Below, piece after piece: positions 19,207-29,562 of a DNA stretch of 64,000 nt. The notes below the pieces were generated by a model. That model was not told the origin of the DNA and did not search any database. It saw only the letters and a list, made by a program, of their open reading frames with translations. This DNA comes from Candidatus Spongiihabitans sp. (GTDB taxonomy: Bacteria; Pseudomonadota; Gammaproteobacteria; Arenicellales; Poriferihabitantaceae). Within the stretch, counting starts at the first letter, position 1; each line of letters begins with the position of its first letter. The stretch lies in the NCBI GenBank assembly GCA_965261425.1, contig OZ253452.1:2592645-2656644 (forward strand). The letters run 5' to 3'. The translations under genes were made by a program, and so were the position numbers.

Positions 19207-19929
19207 CTACTCGGTACGACCACTCGGGTTATCAGGTAGTGGTTCGTCGAAAAAACTCGGGTTTGCTTGAATAATTTGTGGAAGCTCTAGCAGAATCTCC
19301 CGCAAGTGATGGCGGATGGCGGCTTCTGCACCATCAATATCACTCTGTTCTATTGTATCTACGATTGCGGTGTGTTGTAAAATGAGCGTAGCAAAAGAAA
19401 ATTGACCAAGACTGATGAATCGTACGCGATCCATCTGCGATTTTAGCCCTTCAATAAACTTCCATGCACCAGCCTTGCCGGCCGCTTCAGCCAGCGTTCG
19501 ATGGAAATGTTCATCAAGCAAGGTAAAGTTCGGAGATACCTCATTTGCGACCTTTTTTTGCGCTTCCAATTGACTGCGTAGTTCTGTGATTAAGGCAACA
19601 TCTGGTTGTGCCGCCAGAAGTTTCACGATATCGGACTCGATAGCCTCACGCACAAAACGCGCATCCAATACCGAATTGCAGGCAATTTTTCTGACCACCG
19701 TACCACGCTGAGGGCGAACTATGATTAACCCTTCCTCGACCAGTTTGATAAAGGCTTCTCGCACTGGTTGGCGACTGACCGAGTAGGCATTGGCGATTTC
19801 GGATTCGGAAATACGGCTACCCGGAAACAAGTCACAATATACGATGCGCTCGCGCAAAATACGATGAAGCTGCGGCCCGATTGGTAACGATTGATCCAAA
19901 TTCCATCGTTGTTTATCTATTTCTGTCAT
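19207..19929 (-). CDS. GntR/FadR-family regulator (FCD domain); start re-assigned to ATG 19929
   Basis: SE..IA..YSVSRQPVREAF, PQRGT, LDEHFH, HH motifs. Confidence 0.92.
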   Translation of the reverse strand: MTEIDKQRWNLDQSLPIGPQLHRILRERIVYCDLFPGSRISESEIANAYSVSRQPVREAFIKLVEEGLIIVRPQRGTVVRKIACNSVLDARFVREAIESDIVKLLAAQPDVALITELRSQLEAQKKVANEVSPNFTLLDEHFHRTLAEAAGKAGAWKFIEGLKSQMDRVRFISLGQFSFATLILQHTAIVDTIEQSDIDGAEAAIRHHLREILLELPQIIQANPSFFDEPLPDNPSGRTE

Positions 19930-19971
19930 GCAAATGTATGTGCTTATTAATTTCATTAATCTATTTAAAGC

Positions 19972-20068
19972 CATACTACCATACAATATTACTATTATCC
20001 TGTCAACATACTTTACTCGTAACAATCCACCGAAAAGTGTTGACAAGTATAGTAGTATGGTGTAGATT
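19972..20068. promoter_or_regulatory. Divergent promoter region: sigma70 promoter for TRAP operon plus two inverted candidate GntR operators
   Basis: TTGACA 20040-45, 17 bp, TAGATT 20063-68; CATACTACCATAC 19972-84 and GTATAGTAGTATG 20047-59. Confidence 0.6.
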
Positions 20069-20111
20069 GACCAGTCCATTAGTATGAAACTTAACAATTA
20101 GGAGGTAAACC

Positions 20112-21107
20112 ATGATGAAAAACTCAAGAGAATTTATGAAAACAATAGTTGGGGTAAGTATTTTACTCAGCGTTTGGCTGGGGGCGGGTTCAGCATTTGC
20201 GGAAACAAAAATTACATTTGCAACTGGTTTTGCTGGCGGGAGCGGACAGATTGGTCAAACCATGTCCCGCTTCAAAGAACTTGCCGAGGAGCGTTCTGGT
20301 GGCTCTTTGTCAGTTGACTTATTTAGTGATGGTGCCCTTGGCAATGAACGTGAGATTCTGGAATCCATGTCTGTTGGCTCTACAGACATGTCGCTGGCGG
20401 GTATCTCCGATGTGGTTTACTGGCTCCCTGAATATTTTTTATCGGTGCCCTATTTGTTTGAGAGTATAGAACATGTGCGGGCAGTTTATGATGGTCCAAT
20501 TGGTCAGAATATCGATAAACTGATGTTAGAGAAGAAGAATTTGCGAACGCTTGCTATTATGAATCGTGGCGCGCGGAACATATCATCCAATAGACGCATT
20601 GAAAAACCAGCAGACATAAAAGGACTTCGCCTTCGCATGCCCGAGAATCCATTGTGGATTGCAATATGGAAGCAATTAGGCCCAATCCCAACGACTATTT
20701 CGTTTAGCGAGTTATACACAGCACTACAAACGGATGTGGTTGAGGCGCAGGAAAACCCGCTAGAAGCGATTATTAACGCTAAGTTTTTTGAAGTACAGGA
20801 TTACGTTATCCTGACCGGCCATGTTCGTGATGTTTATAAAATTCAAATTTCAGAACATGCTTGGAAAAAGCTGGACCAAGATCAACAAAGTGCATTGAGT
20901 GAAGCAGCTAAAGAAGCTGCATTGTTTGGTGATGGTCTGTTAGCGGATGCGGAAGCTGAATATCTTGAAATCTTAAAGAAATCCGGCACCGAAGTGATCA
21001 AGGTAAACCCTCAAGACTTTGCTGATGCAATGTCTAAATCAAGGGAAATTGCCGATAAATTTCTCTTACCCGGTCTTTACCAGCAAGTGAGAGATGTCCT
21101 CAATTGA
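20112..21107 (+). CDS. dctP: TRAP substrate-binding protein
   Basis: Signal peptide; KGLRLRMP, FSELYTALQT, AQENP; GGAGG RBS. Confidence 0.93.
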   Translation: MMKNSREFMKTIVGVSILLSVWLGAGSAFAETKITFATGFAGGSGQIGQTMSRFKELAEERSGGSLSVDLFSDGALGNEREILESMSVGSTDMSLAGISDVVYWLPEYFLSVPYLFESIEHVRAVYDGPIGQNIDKLMLEKKNLRTLAIMNRGARNISSNRRIEKPADIKGLRLRMPENPLWIAIWKQLGPIPTTISFSELYTALQTDVVEAQENPLEAIINAKFFEVQDYVILTGHVRDVYKIQISEHAWKKLDQDQQSALSEAAKEAALFGDGLLADAEAEYLEILKKSGTEVIKVNPQDFADAMSKSREIADKFLLPGLYQQVRDVLN

Positions 21108-21361
21108 TGTGTCGGTATGCAGTATCCGTTTTTCACGAGCCGGAATTTTGTTTGCTAGCTTTTTGTTTGCTAGATCAAGAAAAAGTGTGCGGAATGAGGA
21201 AGTTTATACTTATAAATGAGCGATTAAGTACGCTTTTGACATGACACTGCTAGGTAACAAGAACTAAGGCACAGAACTAGTGTGCGGCTCCCACTATATG
21301 TTGCTTAAAACTGGGGGTCGCAGGCTAATCTAACAATCAAACAACGTTAGACGTTTGGCTC

Positions 21362-21826
21362 ATGAAAAAACTGGAAAAAGTTCTTTTTATCGCAATTTTA
21401 TCCTTATTTATCTTAATGATAGTGTTGGTCAGCATGCAAGTGTTGAACCGTTATGTCGTTCATGCCTCCACACCTTGGACAGAGGAAATAACGCGCATTG
21501 CTTACATACTGATGATTTATGTAGGCAGTGTGTTGGCGGTTATTCAAAATAATCATGTACGCATAACCATTATTGAGCGGCATCTCTCCTCTGCGCTACG
21601 TCATTTTATTTGGATTGTTATTTCGCTCATGTCGTCTTTGTTTTTTGTCGTGGTGGCTTTTGGAAACTACGCTTATGTACAGGTTAACTGGGGCGCAAAA
21701 TTCCCAACCACACCAATTTTAACGGTTGGGCATGTGATGGCTGTTGTCATGGTGTGTTCAGGCACTATGGCCATTATGTATTTCTTCAACATTTTTAAGC
21801 CGATGCCAAACAATAAAGACATGTAA
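21362..21826 (+). CDS. dctQ: TRAP small permease
   Basis: QVLNRY, WTEE, HVRI motifs. Confidence 0.9.
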   Translation: MKKLEKVLFIAILSLFILMIVLVSMQVLNRYVVHASTPWTEEITRIAYILMIYVGSVLAVIQNNHVRITIIERHLSSALRHFIWIVISLMSSLFFVVVAFGNYAYVQVNWGAKFPTTPILTVGHVMAVVMVCSGTMAIMYFFNIFKPMPNNKDM

Positions 21827-21956
21827 GAGACCTTTGCATAATTCAAAATGTCGGCAGAATAGCGATTAAAACTGTTCCTATTACGATAAACAATGGCGTT
21901 TTTAACGGAAAAACAGGAGTTTTGGTGGCAATCATATTTATTTTATGCAAAGGTCT
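21827..21956. mobile_element. MITE between dctQ and dctM
   Basis: GAGACCTTTGCATAA ... TTATGCAAAGGTCT. Confidence 0.8.
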
Positions 21957-22148
21957 AATTAAACTTAAACAGCAGTAATGAACGCGCTCAAACATGGACG
22001 GCACAGACGGACGGATTGGCAACACATTATGGTTAGTTTGGCGGTATGGTGATGGAATGTCCGCTTCTCGTTGCTGGAAAACAGCGGCAAGGATCCAAAA
22101 ATGTGCTGGATTGGTTAACCTACTAACAACACGAAGAACAACCTAATA

Positions 22149-23435
22149 ATGACTGTTTTCCTAATTCTGCTGCTTTTGATATTGTTGATTCTTATAGGTT
22201 TTCCAATTGCTCTGTCGCTTGGGATAACCTCTTTAATTGCGCTTTATATATTGTTTGGCTGGGACGCACCAATAGATTTAGTCGCACAGCGCATGTATTA
22301 CGGCGTGAACAGCTTCCTGTTGATTGCAGTGCCCTTTTTTATGCTCGCGGGCGAAATTATGAATCGCTCTGGGGCAACAAGTCGGCTTTTTAAGTTTGCC
22401 GACTCGGTGGTAGGTTCGTTGCCGGGCGGCTTGGGGCATGTGAACATCGCATCCAGCTTTATTTTTGCAGGCATGTCCGGGTCGGCAGCAGCCGACGCAG
22501 CCGGACTCGGAGCAATTGAAATACAAGCGATGAAGGAAAAAGGCTTTCCGATGCCTTTTTCGGCAGGGTTAACAGCGGTGTCTTCGACCGTGGGACCTTT
22601 GGTGCCACCATCCATTCCAATGATTGTATTTGGTGTGGTCTCGGGCACATCCGTCGGAGGATTGTTTCTGGCGGGTGTTGTGCCGGGATTGCTGGTGTGT
22701 TTTTTCCTTAGTGTGTTGGTTTGGGTCTGGGGCGCAAAAGAAAACTTTCCTAGAAATAAGGCGTTTTCGTTTCGTATAATGTGCGCCACATTGAAACCGG
22801 CAATCTTGCCGTTGATGACACCGGTTATTGTGCTTGCAGGGATATTTGGGGGATATTTTACCCCAACGGAAGCCTCGGTTATAGCGGTAATTTATACAAG
22901 TTTTTTAGGCGTTGTGGTTTACCGTGAAATTACCGTTCGGGATTTTGGCGGAATTTTAGGTAACGTGGCCCGCGAAATTGCCCCTTTAATGTTAATCGTC
23001 GCAACTGCTTCATTGTTTGGTTACCTAATGATTCGTCTGGGTATGCCACGTCAATTATCAGAGCTTATTTTATCGACAACAGAGAACCCAACCATTATTC
23101 TGTTCCTCATCGTTTTCATTTTACTTGCCGTAGGGTTTTTTATGGAAACGATAAGTGCGATCATCATTTTCACGCCATTGTTTATGCCGGTAGCCATTAC
23201 ATCGGGGATATCACCTCTGCATTTAGGAGTGATTATGATAATAACGCTAATGGCTGGCGTAATTACGCCGCCGGTGGGGATTGTCTTGTTTATTCTGCAA
23301 AAGATATCAGGGATGCCCATCGAAGCGGTATTTAAGGCGGTAATCCCGTTTTTTATTCCGCTACTTATTGCAATTGTAGTTTTAGTGCTGGTTCCGCAAA
23401 TTTCATTGTTTCTGCCAAACCTTGTTTACAAGTGA
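22149..23435 (+). CDS. dctM: TRAP large permease
   Basis: AVPFFMLAG, SGSAAAD, PPSIP, FTPTEA, TPPVG. Confidence 0.95.
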   Translation: MTVFLILLLLILLILIGFPIALSLGITSLIALYILFGWDAPIDLVAQRMYYGVNSFLLIAVPFFMLAGEIMNRSGATSRLFKFADSVVGSLPGGLGHVNIASSFIFAGMSGSAAADAAGLGAIEIQAMKEKGFPMPFSAGLTAVSSTVGPLVPPSIPMIVFGVVSGTSVGGLFLAGVVPGLLVCFFLSVLVWVWGAKENFPRNKAFSFRIMCATLKPAILPLMTPVIVLAGIFGGYFTPTEASVIAVIYTSFLGVVVYREITVRDFGGILGNVAREIAPLMLIVATASLFGYLMIRLGMPRQLSELILSTTENPTIILFLIVFILLAVGFFMETISAIIIFTPLFMPVAITSGISPLHLGVIMIITLMAGVITPPVGIVLFILQKISGMPIEAVFKAVIPFFIPLLIAIVVLVLVPQISLFLPNLVYK

Positions 23436-23480
23436 TGCGAGCATCATCGTAAGCAAACAGCATCTATAACAAAGGCAAGA

Positions 23481-24560
23481 ATGATGACCATTTATAAAAT
23501 TGGTGTTGTAGGCGGTGGTATCTACGGTTCTCATATGCTTAAATGTTTTGCCAATCAGCAGCATATGGGGCGTGTCGAATTGGTCGCTGTTGCTGATCTT
23601 GATAAGAACATTCTTGCGCGTCATGCGGAGACATTTGGAACGCAAGGCTTTACCAACTATACCGCGATGATGGCAGAGACAAATCTTGATGCCGTCGCTA
23701 TCGCTACCCCAGATCATCTGCATTTCGATATTATTGAGACCGCCGCAACGGCTGGGTTACACATCATTTCGCAAAAGCCGTTGGATGTCAATATCGAACG
23801 TACTGAGCGAATTATCAATATCTGTGAAGCAGCTCAGGTTTTACTTTATGTGGATTTTCACAAGCGATTTGACCCAGCGCATATTCGCTTGAAGCAGGAT
23901 GTTGTAGCGGGTCGGCTCGGCAAACTGCAATACGGTCATGTTCATATGGAGGATAAAATCATTGTGCCCACAGTATGGCTGAAAAAATGGGCTGCTAGTT
24001 CCTCACCCTCGTGGTTCCTTGGGACTCATTTCTATGACCTCGTATTCTGGCTAACTGGTCAGTTACCAAAAAGAGTGTTGGCAAGTGGGTATAAGGGCAA
24101 ACTTGAATCACTCGGACTTGTCGGTGCTTGGGATAGTATCCAAGCGAAAGTTGAATATGAAACGGGGTTTTCCGTCACCTATGACCTGAGCTGGATACTT
24201 CCAAACTCCTTTCCGTCAATTGTGAATCAAGGTATTCGGTTGGTTGGAGAAGAAGGTATAGCCGAGGTTGACAGTCAGGATCGTGGGTATTTCTCGGCTT
24301 ATAGCAGCGACACAGCAAGCATTGTCGTTAACCCGTTTGGTGCATTTGAAACCAATCATCCGATATTCGGCAATACGACAGAAGGATATACGTTCAAGTC
24401 GATGACATTTTTTATTGATTTGCTTCAAGCATTGGATAATGGTATGTCAATTGATGGGCTAAAGGGTTCATATCCAAATGCTAATGACGCACTAGTTTCA
24501 ACCCGCATTGGCTGTGCCATAGACGAAAGTTTGATGTCAGGCAAATTGGTCAATATCTGA
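23481..24560 (+). CDS. Gfo/Idh/MocA-family NAD(P) oxidoreductase
   Basis: GVVGGG, ATPDHLH, QKPL, HKRFDP. Confidence 0.9.
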   Translation: MMTIYKIGVVGGGIYGSHMLKCFANQQHMGRVELVAVADLDKNILARHAETFGTQGFTNYTAMMAETNLDAVAIATPDHLHFDIIETAATAGLHIISQKPLDVNIERTERIINICEAAQVLLYVDFHKRFDPAHIRLKQDVVAGRLGKLQYGHVHMEDKIIVPTVWLKKWAASSSPSWFLGTHFYDLVFWLTGQLPKRVLASGYKGKLESLGLVGAWDSIQAKVEYETGFSVTYDLSWILPNSFPSIVNQGIRLVGEEGIAEVDSQDRGYFSAYSSDTASIVVNPFGAFETNHPIFGNTTEGYTFKSMTFFIDLLQALDNGMSIDGLKGSYPNANDALVSTRIGCAIDESLMSGKLVNI

Positions 24561-24809
24561 GCATCTCCACAACCAATAATACGCGGTGAAATCCATATAA
24601 ACGATCCACGCAATCGATAGATTATGTATGCAAAATATGGTGTGGGTGTTTCTAACTGATTTTTAATATCGCTGTTATTGGTTGGAATACATAACAGTAA
24701 GAATATGGCGATAGTTGTCGAGCAATCACATGTTTTTCAACCCACTCAGTGTTTGACTCATAAAACACAAGTTTTAGAGCACTTGTATGCCACAATCTGA
24801 CGATATATA

Positions 24810-26582
24810 GACCCTGCTCATAAAATATATCTATCTGAATATAAACAAATAATAGTGGTCTTGTGGTATAATTTTGCATGGAAATCAGCCCAATAACCTC
24901 TAAAACCTTGCAGCTATGATTGATTATAACGATTCCAACCAATGTACTATCGCAGAATTTGACTGGCCGTTTCACGCCGCCCTTGATGCACACAACCGCT
25001 GGGTAAAACTAGGTCAGTGCATTCCATGGGATGGGTTGGCACAGGGCTATCATAAAAGCCTCTCGTCAAAGCGGGGTCGGCCAGCAAAAGATGCTCGTTT
25101 AGTCATCGGTGCGGTGATCATCAAACACAAACTAGGGTTGTCTGATCGTGAAACGGTGAGTCAGATTCAGGAGAATCCGTATCTGCAATACTTTGTCGGG
25201 CTTGCCGGTTACCAAAGATCAGTCCCGTTTGTACCCTCGTTGCTGGTTGAAGTACGCAAGCGTATGGGGGATACTGTTTTTGAAGTGTTCCATCAAGCGA
25301 TTATTGGTGCTGTGGAAAAGGCGCAGGTCGTGCCGCAACGCAGCGTTAAGGATGGTTTGAAGGTATCCACACAGGCCAACAAGTCGGGTGATGAATCAGA
25401 GCCAGAGTCCGTGCCAGAGTCGAAACCAGAACCAGAATCCAATCAAGACCCACAAGGGGAGGATAATTCCCCAATTTCGCCTGCCACCACTGTGGAAGCA
25501 CCCAGCCACGAAGGTAAGTTGATAATCGATGCGACTGTGGCAGAGCAAGCGATACGGTATCCCACGGATTTAAGTTTACTGAATGAAGCGCGTGAGATGA
25601 CGGAACGGATCATTGACGAATTGTATCCACACACGGAGTTCAGTCAGAAACCACGCACCTATCGTCGCCAAGCACGTAAAGATTTTCTCGGGTTGGTCAA
25701 ACAGCGTCGTCCCAAGCGTCAAGCGACCCAACGAGCGATCAAGCAACAACTGCAATACTTGCGGCGCAATTTTGGTCATATTGAGGGTTTAATGGATTGT
25801 TTCCCGATGGGCACGGCGTTGCCTTTGTCACGCAGGCTGCTATACCACTACTGGGTCATTCAGCATGTCTATACGCAGCAGTGGGAGATGTACCGCAACA
25901 AAAGCCGACGCTGTGATAATCGGATTGTGAGCATTCATCAACCGTATGTGCGTCCGATTGTGCGAGGTAAGCAAGGTAAGTCGGTTGAGTTTGGTTCGAA
26001 GTTGAGCGTGAGTTTAACGGCACACGGGTTATCCCGAGTTGATCATTTAAGTTGGGATGCGTTTCATGAGGGGCATGATTTGCAGGGTCAGGTTGAGCGT
26101 TACCATGAACGTTATGGTTGCTACCCCGTAAGCGTTATCGGTGATCCGATATATGGTAGTCGAGAGAACCGGCACTACTTGAAAGGATTGGGCATCCGTT
26201 TTTCGGGCAAGCCATTAGGCAGACCCAAACAGGTAACAGAATCGAATCGAGAGTTATTGAAGCAATTAAAAGCCCAACGCCGGGCGGATTACCTACAACG
26301 GATTCCAATAGAAGGCAAATTTGGTCAGGCAAAGAACGGTTATCGGCTGAATTACATCCGTGCCAAACGAGCAGACACTTCGGTTGCATGGATCAACAGC
26401 ATTTTCCTAGTCATGAACCTGCTCATCCTGCTGAAGGTCTTTTTTGTGCCCAAAATAAGGCGACTAATAGGGTCGATAACGAACACTGGGCGACACCAAC
26501 TGCGATTATGTCGATGCGGAACTTGTCAACTGACTAACTCAATCGGCTTGGAACATCTAAAACTAATTTTATGAGCAGACTC
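24810..26582 (+). mobile_element. IS5-family element, complete
   Basis: IRs GACCCTGCTCATAAAAT / ATTTTATGAGCAGACTC; TATATA on both flanks. Confidence 0.92.
24916..26574 (+). CDS. IS5-family transposase
   Basis: ENPYLQYF, DATVA..IRYPTD, RPIVRGK..VEFG, IEGKFG. Confidence 0.93.
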   Translation: MIDYNDSNQCTIAEFDWPFHAALDAHNRWVKLGQCIPWDGLAQGYHKSLSSKRGRPAKDARLVIGAVIIKHKLGLSDRETVSQIQENPYLQYFVGLAGYQRSVPFVPSLLVEVRKRMGDTVFEVFHQAIIGAVEKAQVVPQRSVKDGLKVSTQANKSGDESEPESVPESKPEPESNQDPQGEDNSPISPATTVEAPSHEGKLIIDATVAEQAIRYPTDLSLLNEAREMTERIIDELYPHTEFSQKPRTYRRQARKDFLGLVKQRRPKRQATQRAIKQQLQYLRRNFGHIEGLMDCFPMGTALPLSRRLLYHYWVIQHVYTQQWEMYRNKSRRCDNRIVSIHQPYVRPIVRGKQGKSVEFGSKLSVSLTAHGLSRVDHLSWDAFHEGHDLQGQVERYHERYGCYPVSVIGDPIYGSRENRHYLKGLGIRFSGKPLGRPKQVTESNRELLKQLKAQRRADYLQRIPIEGKFGQAKNGYRLNYIRAKRADTSVAWINSIFLVMNLLILLKVFFVPKIRRLIGSITNTGRHQLRLCRCGTCQLTNSIGLEHLKLIL

Positions 26583-26643
26583 TATATAGAGAGCTGGCGA
26601 ATGTTTAAGAAGGGTTTTACTAACTATCCAAAGGCGTACTGAC

Positions 26644-27696
26644 TCACCCTTCTTCGGATTGAAACGATAATTGCACCTTAACCGCTCGGGTTCGATCAGC
26701 GGCTGTGTCAAAGGCTGTAATCATATCTTTAAGAGAGAATATTTTACTAATCATCGGACGTAAATTTATTTCCCCCCTATCAATCAGCGCAACGGCTTCA
26801 GAGAATTCATGATGAAAGCGATGTGAGCCTTTAAGCACTATTTCTTTTCCGACAAGCAAGTTGATTGGCAAAGATATATCACCACTCACCCCAATTTGTA
26901 CAAGTATTCCACGTGGGCGCAACATCTCAATGGCAGATCGGATTGCAGGTGCGGCGGCGGAACACTCAAAAGCCACATCAAAATGTCCTTTGTCCTTGGT
27001 ATATCTGGTGATATCTTTGCTAGGTTTGGACATATTGATTGCCTTCGTGGCCCCCATGTCCATGGCCACCTTTAGCGGTACATTTTGCAAATCGGTTACA
27101 ACAACTTCGGCCGCACCCGCTTGTACGGCGAGTGCCACACATAGTACGCCAATCGGTCCGACACCAGTAACAAGCACATTACGACCGGCAAGGTCACCTG
27201 CCTGATTACGCGCATGCAGACAAACCGCAAGCGGTTCAGCACAAGCAGCTTCAGAAAGAGATGTTTGCGAATTGATCTTCACGCATTGCGCCTGCCCGAT
27301 CACGATTTTGTCCCGAAATGCCCCCTGTTCATGGGGAAAACGAATGGCAGAACCTAGAAAACGCATGTTCAGGCAGTGTTGAAACAAGCCCGTGTGACAA
27401 TAGCTACAAGCTTTACAGGGGCGGCTCGGATTTAAGGAAACACGATCTCCCTTGGCCAAACCTTGGACATCGGAGCCAGTATCAAGGACAGTCCCTGCCA
27501 CCTCGTGTCCCAAGATAATAGGCTCCTTCACTTGAATTGGACCGAACCCCCCATCCTGATAGTAATGCAGGTCAGAACCACATATCCCCCCAACCCCTAT
27601 CGCCACCAAGACCTGATCCGGGTTAAGAGCACTAATCGGTTGATTTTCTATACGGATATCTTTTTTGTCGTAGAGACAACAAACACGGGTTTGCAT
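26644..27696 (-). CDS. idnD: L-idonate 5-dehydrogenase-like Zn-dependent dehydrogenase
   Basis: GICGSDLHYY, GHE, Cys cluster, KVQLSF. Confidence 0.85.
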   Translation of the reverse strand: MQTRVCCLYDKKDIRIENQPISALNPDQVLVAIGVGGICGSDLHYYQDGGFGPIQVKEPIILGHEVAGTVLDTGSDVQGLAKGDRVSLNPSRPCKACSYCHTGLFQHCLNMRFLGSAIRFPHEQGAFRDKIVIGQAQCVKINSQTSLSEAACAEPLAVCLHARNQAGDLAGRNVLVTGVGPIGVLCVALAVQAGAAEVVVTDLQNVPLKVAMDMGATKAINMSKPSKDITRYTKDKGHFDVAFECSAAAPAIRSAIEMLRPRGILVQIGVSGDISLPINLLVGKEIVLKGSHRFHHEFSEAVALIDRGEINLRPMISKIFSLKDMITAFDTAADRTRAVKVQLSFQSEEG

Positions 27697-27705
27697 ATCT
27701 TCTTC

Positions 27706-28983
27706 CTAATGGATGAGAATCGAGGGCAACCAAGTTGCCAGAGCCGGAATGTAGGAGACTAACAGAAGCACCCCGATATTTGTTGCCAGAAAGGGAATAA
27801 TTGCCTGAACGACTGACGATAATGGTAGGCGAGCGATGCCTGCGCAAACGAAGAGGCACACCCCAACGGGCGGCGTAGTCAGTCCAATCATCAGGTTCAG
27901 CACGGCAAAGATTGCAAAATGCAATGGATCAATACCAACCGTCTCCGCGAGCGACAAAAGCGGAACGAACAGGATAATGAGTGCGGCTATTGTTTCCATG
28001 AACATGCCAACAAAGAGCAAAAGCAGATTGATGATTAAAATTACGAGAATCTTGCTTTCCGTAACAGAGAGAACTCCATTTACGATTGCTTGGGGAATGT
28101 GCTCCGATACCAAAATCCAACCAAATACGTTGGCAAAACCAACCAGAACTAAAATGGCAGACGAGGATACAGCACTATCCACAATGATCTTTGGTAAATC
28201 GCGTAGCGGAAGCTCGCGATAAACAAAGACCCCGACGACTAATGCATAAACACTGGCAACAACCGCAGTTTCCGTGGGTGTTGCGAGACCACTCAATAAC
28301 CCGTAAATAATCAATCCAGTCATTGCCAGGGCCCAAAGGGCATTGCTAAAGGAACGCACTATCTCCATCAACCCCCGCCAGGGCTGTCTAGGGAAGCCCT
28401 TTCTAACTGCAATAACATAGGCTGTGCCCATCATGGCAAGCCCCATCAAGACACCGGGGACAGCCCCGGCTATAAACATCTTCCCAACAGAAATCCCCGA
28501 CAATGATCCGACGATAATCATCGGTACGCTTGGCGGGATAATCGGACCGACAGTAGAAGATGCTGCCGTAACTGCCGCCGAAAAACTTGCTGGGTAGCCC
28601 GCTTTTTTCATTCCCGGAATCATAACCCCGCCGATAGAGGCCGCATCGGCTACCGCAGTCCCTGTGATACCCCCAAATAGCATTGAAGCAGCAACATTAG
28701 TCAGCCCCAAGCCTCCACGGATCCACCCGACAAGCGCGTTTGAAAACCGAATGACACGACTGGTGATTCCACCACTATTCATCAGGTTGCCTGCCAATAT
28801 GAATCCCGGAATGCTGAGCAGTACAAAAACATCTATACCGGCATACATTTTTTGCGGTATAACCACCACGGGAATACCGCTGACCAGAATATATGCAAAT
28901 GAAGCAAGCCCGAGGGTAACCGCAATCGGAATGCCAATCACAAGACCGATCAGAAACACAACGAGTAGAATCAATACGTCCAT
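27706..28983 (-). CDS. dctM: TRAP large permease
   Basis: GTAVAD, PPSVP, TPTE, TPPVG. Confidence 0.95.
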   Translation of the reverse strand: MDVLILLVVFLIGLVIGIPIAVTLGLASFAYILVSGIPVVVIPQKMYAGIDVFVLLSIPGFILAGNLMNSGGITSRVIRFSNALVGWIRGGLGLTNVAASMLFGGITGTAVADAASIGGVMIPGMKKAGYPASFSAAVTAASSTVGPIIPPSVPMIIVGSLSGISVGKMFIAGAVPGVLMGLAMMGTAYVIAVRKGFPRQPWRGLMEIVRSFSNALWALAMTGLIIYGLLSGLATPTETAVVASVYALVVGVFVYRELPLRDLPKIIVDSAVSSSAILVLVGFANVFGWILVSEHIPQAIVNGVLSVTESKILVILIINLLLLFVGMFMETIAALIILFVPLLSLAETVGIDPLHFAIFAVLNLMIGLTTPPVGVCLFVCAGIARLPLSSVVQAIIPFLATNIGVLLLVSYIPALATWLPSILIH

Positions 28984-29483
28984 CAGCGGGAGCTTTCAAA
29001 TTTGGAAGAGTACCCATCACTTTTGCCGCGCAACATCTCTGCTACATGCAATAGTGAAAATATCATCAAGAAGAAAAGCAGGATTAACACACTCACATGG
29101 GCAAAGTCCATACGCAAACCCATTGCCGCAGATGTTTGCAGACGACCAATCGAAGTGTATTGCCAAGCCGGCATAATTAGCAGAAAACACAGCAAACTGG
29201 TAACGATAGCCGAGGTTATTCGTAGCTGGAACGGTAATTTTCCCGGCAGTGCCTCGCAAATGACATCAACATTTGCCAAGTCGCCACTCAGCAACGATAG
29301 CCCGGCCCCAAAAGCAACAAGGTGAAGGAGGGCAAAGCGTGTCAGCTCTTCTGTCCAGACGGGCGATGCGCCATAGAAACGACCGAAAACCTGGATAAGG
29401 ACCGCCCCTATCAAAACGATAAAGGCCAACCCAGTTCCCATTCGGCATACTCTTACTAAAAATCTGAATAGTCGTGCGATCAT
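28983..29483 (-). CDS. dctQ: TRAP small permease
   Basis: QVFGR, WTEELTR. Confidence 0.9.
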   Translation of the reverse strand: MIARLFRFLVRVCRMGTGLAFIVLIGAVLIQVFGRFYGASPVWTEELTRFALLHLVAFGAGLSLLSGDLANVDVICEALPGKLPFQLRITSAIVTSLLCFLLIMPAWQYTSIGRLQTSAAMGLRMDFAHVSVLILLFFLMIFSLLHVAEMLRGKSDGYSSKFESSR

Positions 29484-29562
29484 CGACAGGATCTTGTGGC
29501 ATCGAAAGAACAGATGCCGAGTATCCTACTCGACACCCGCACAAGTAAAGAAGTTTGGCAAC

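Noticed and set aside
21130-21300. Structured intergenic stretch between dctP and dctQ as an sRNA or riboswitch
   Set aside because: Looks like a degenerate intergenic repeat; no second copy or known fold visible.
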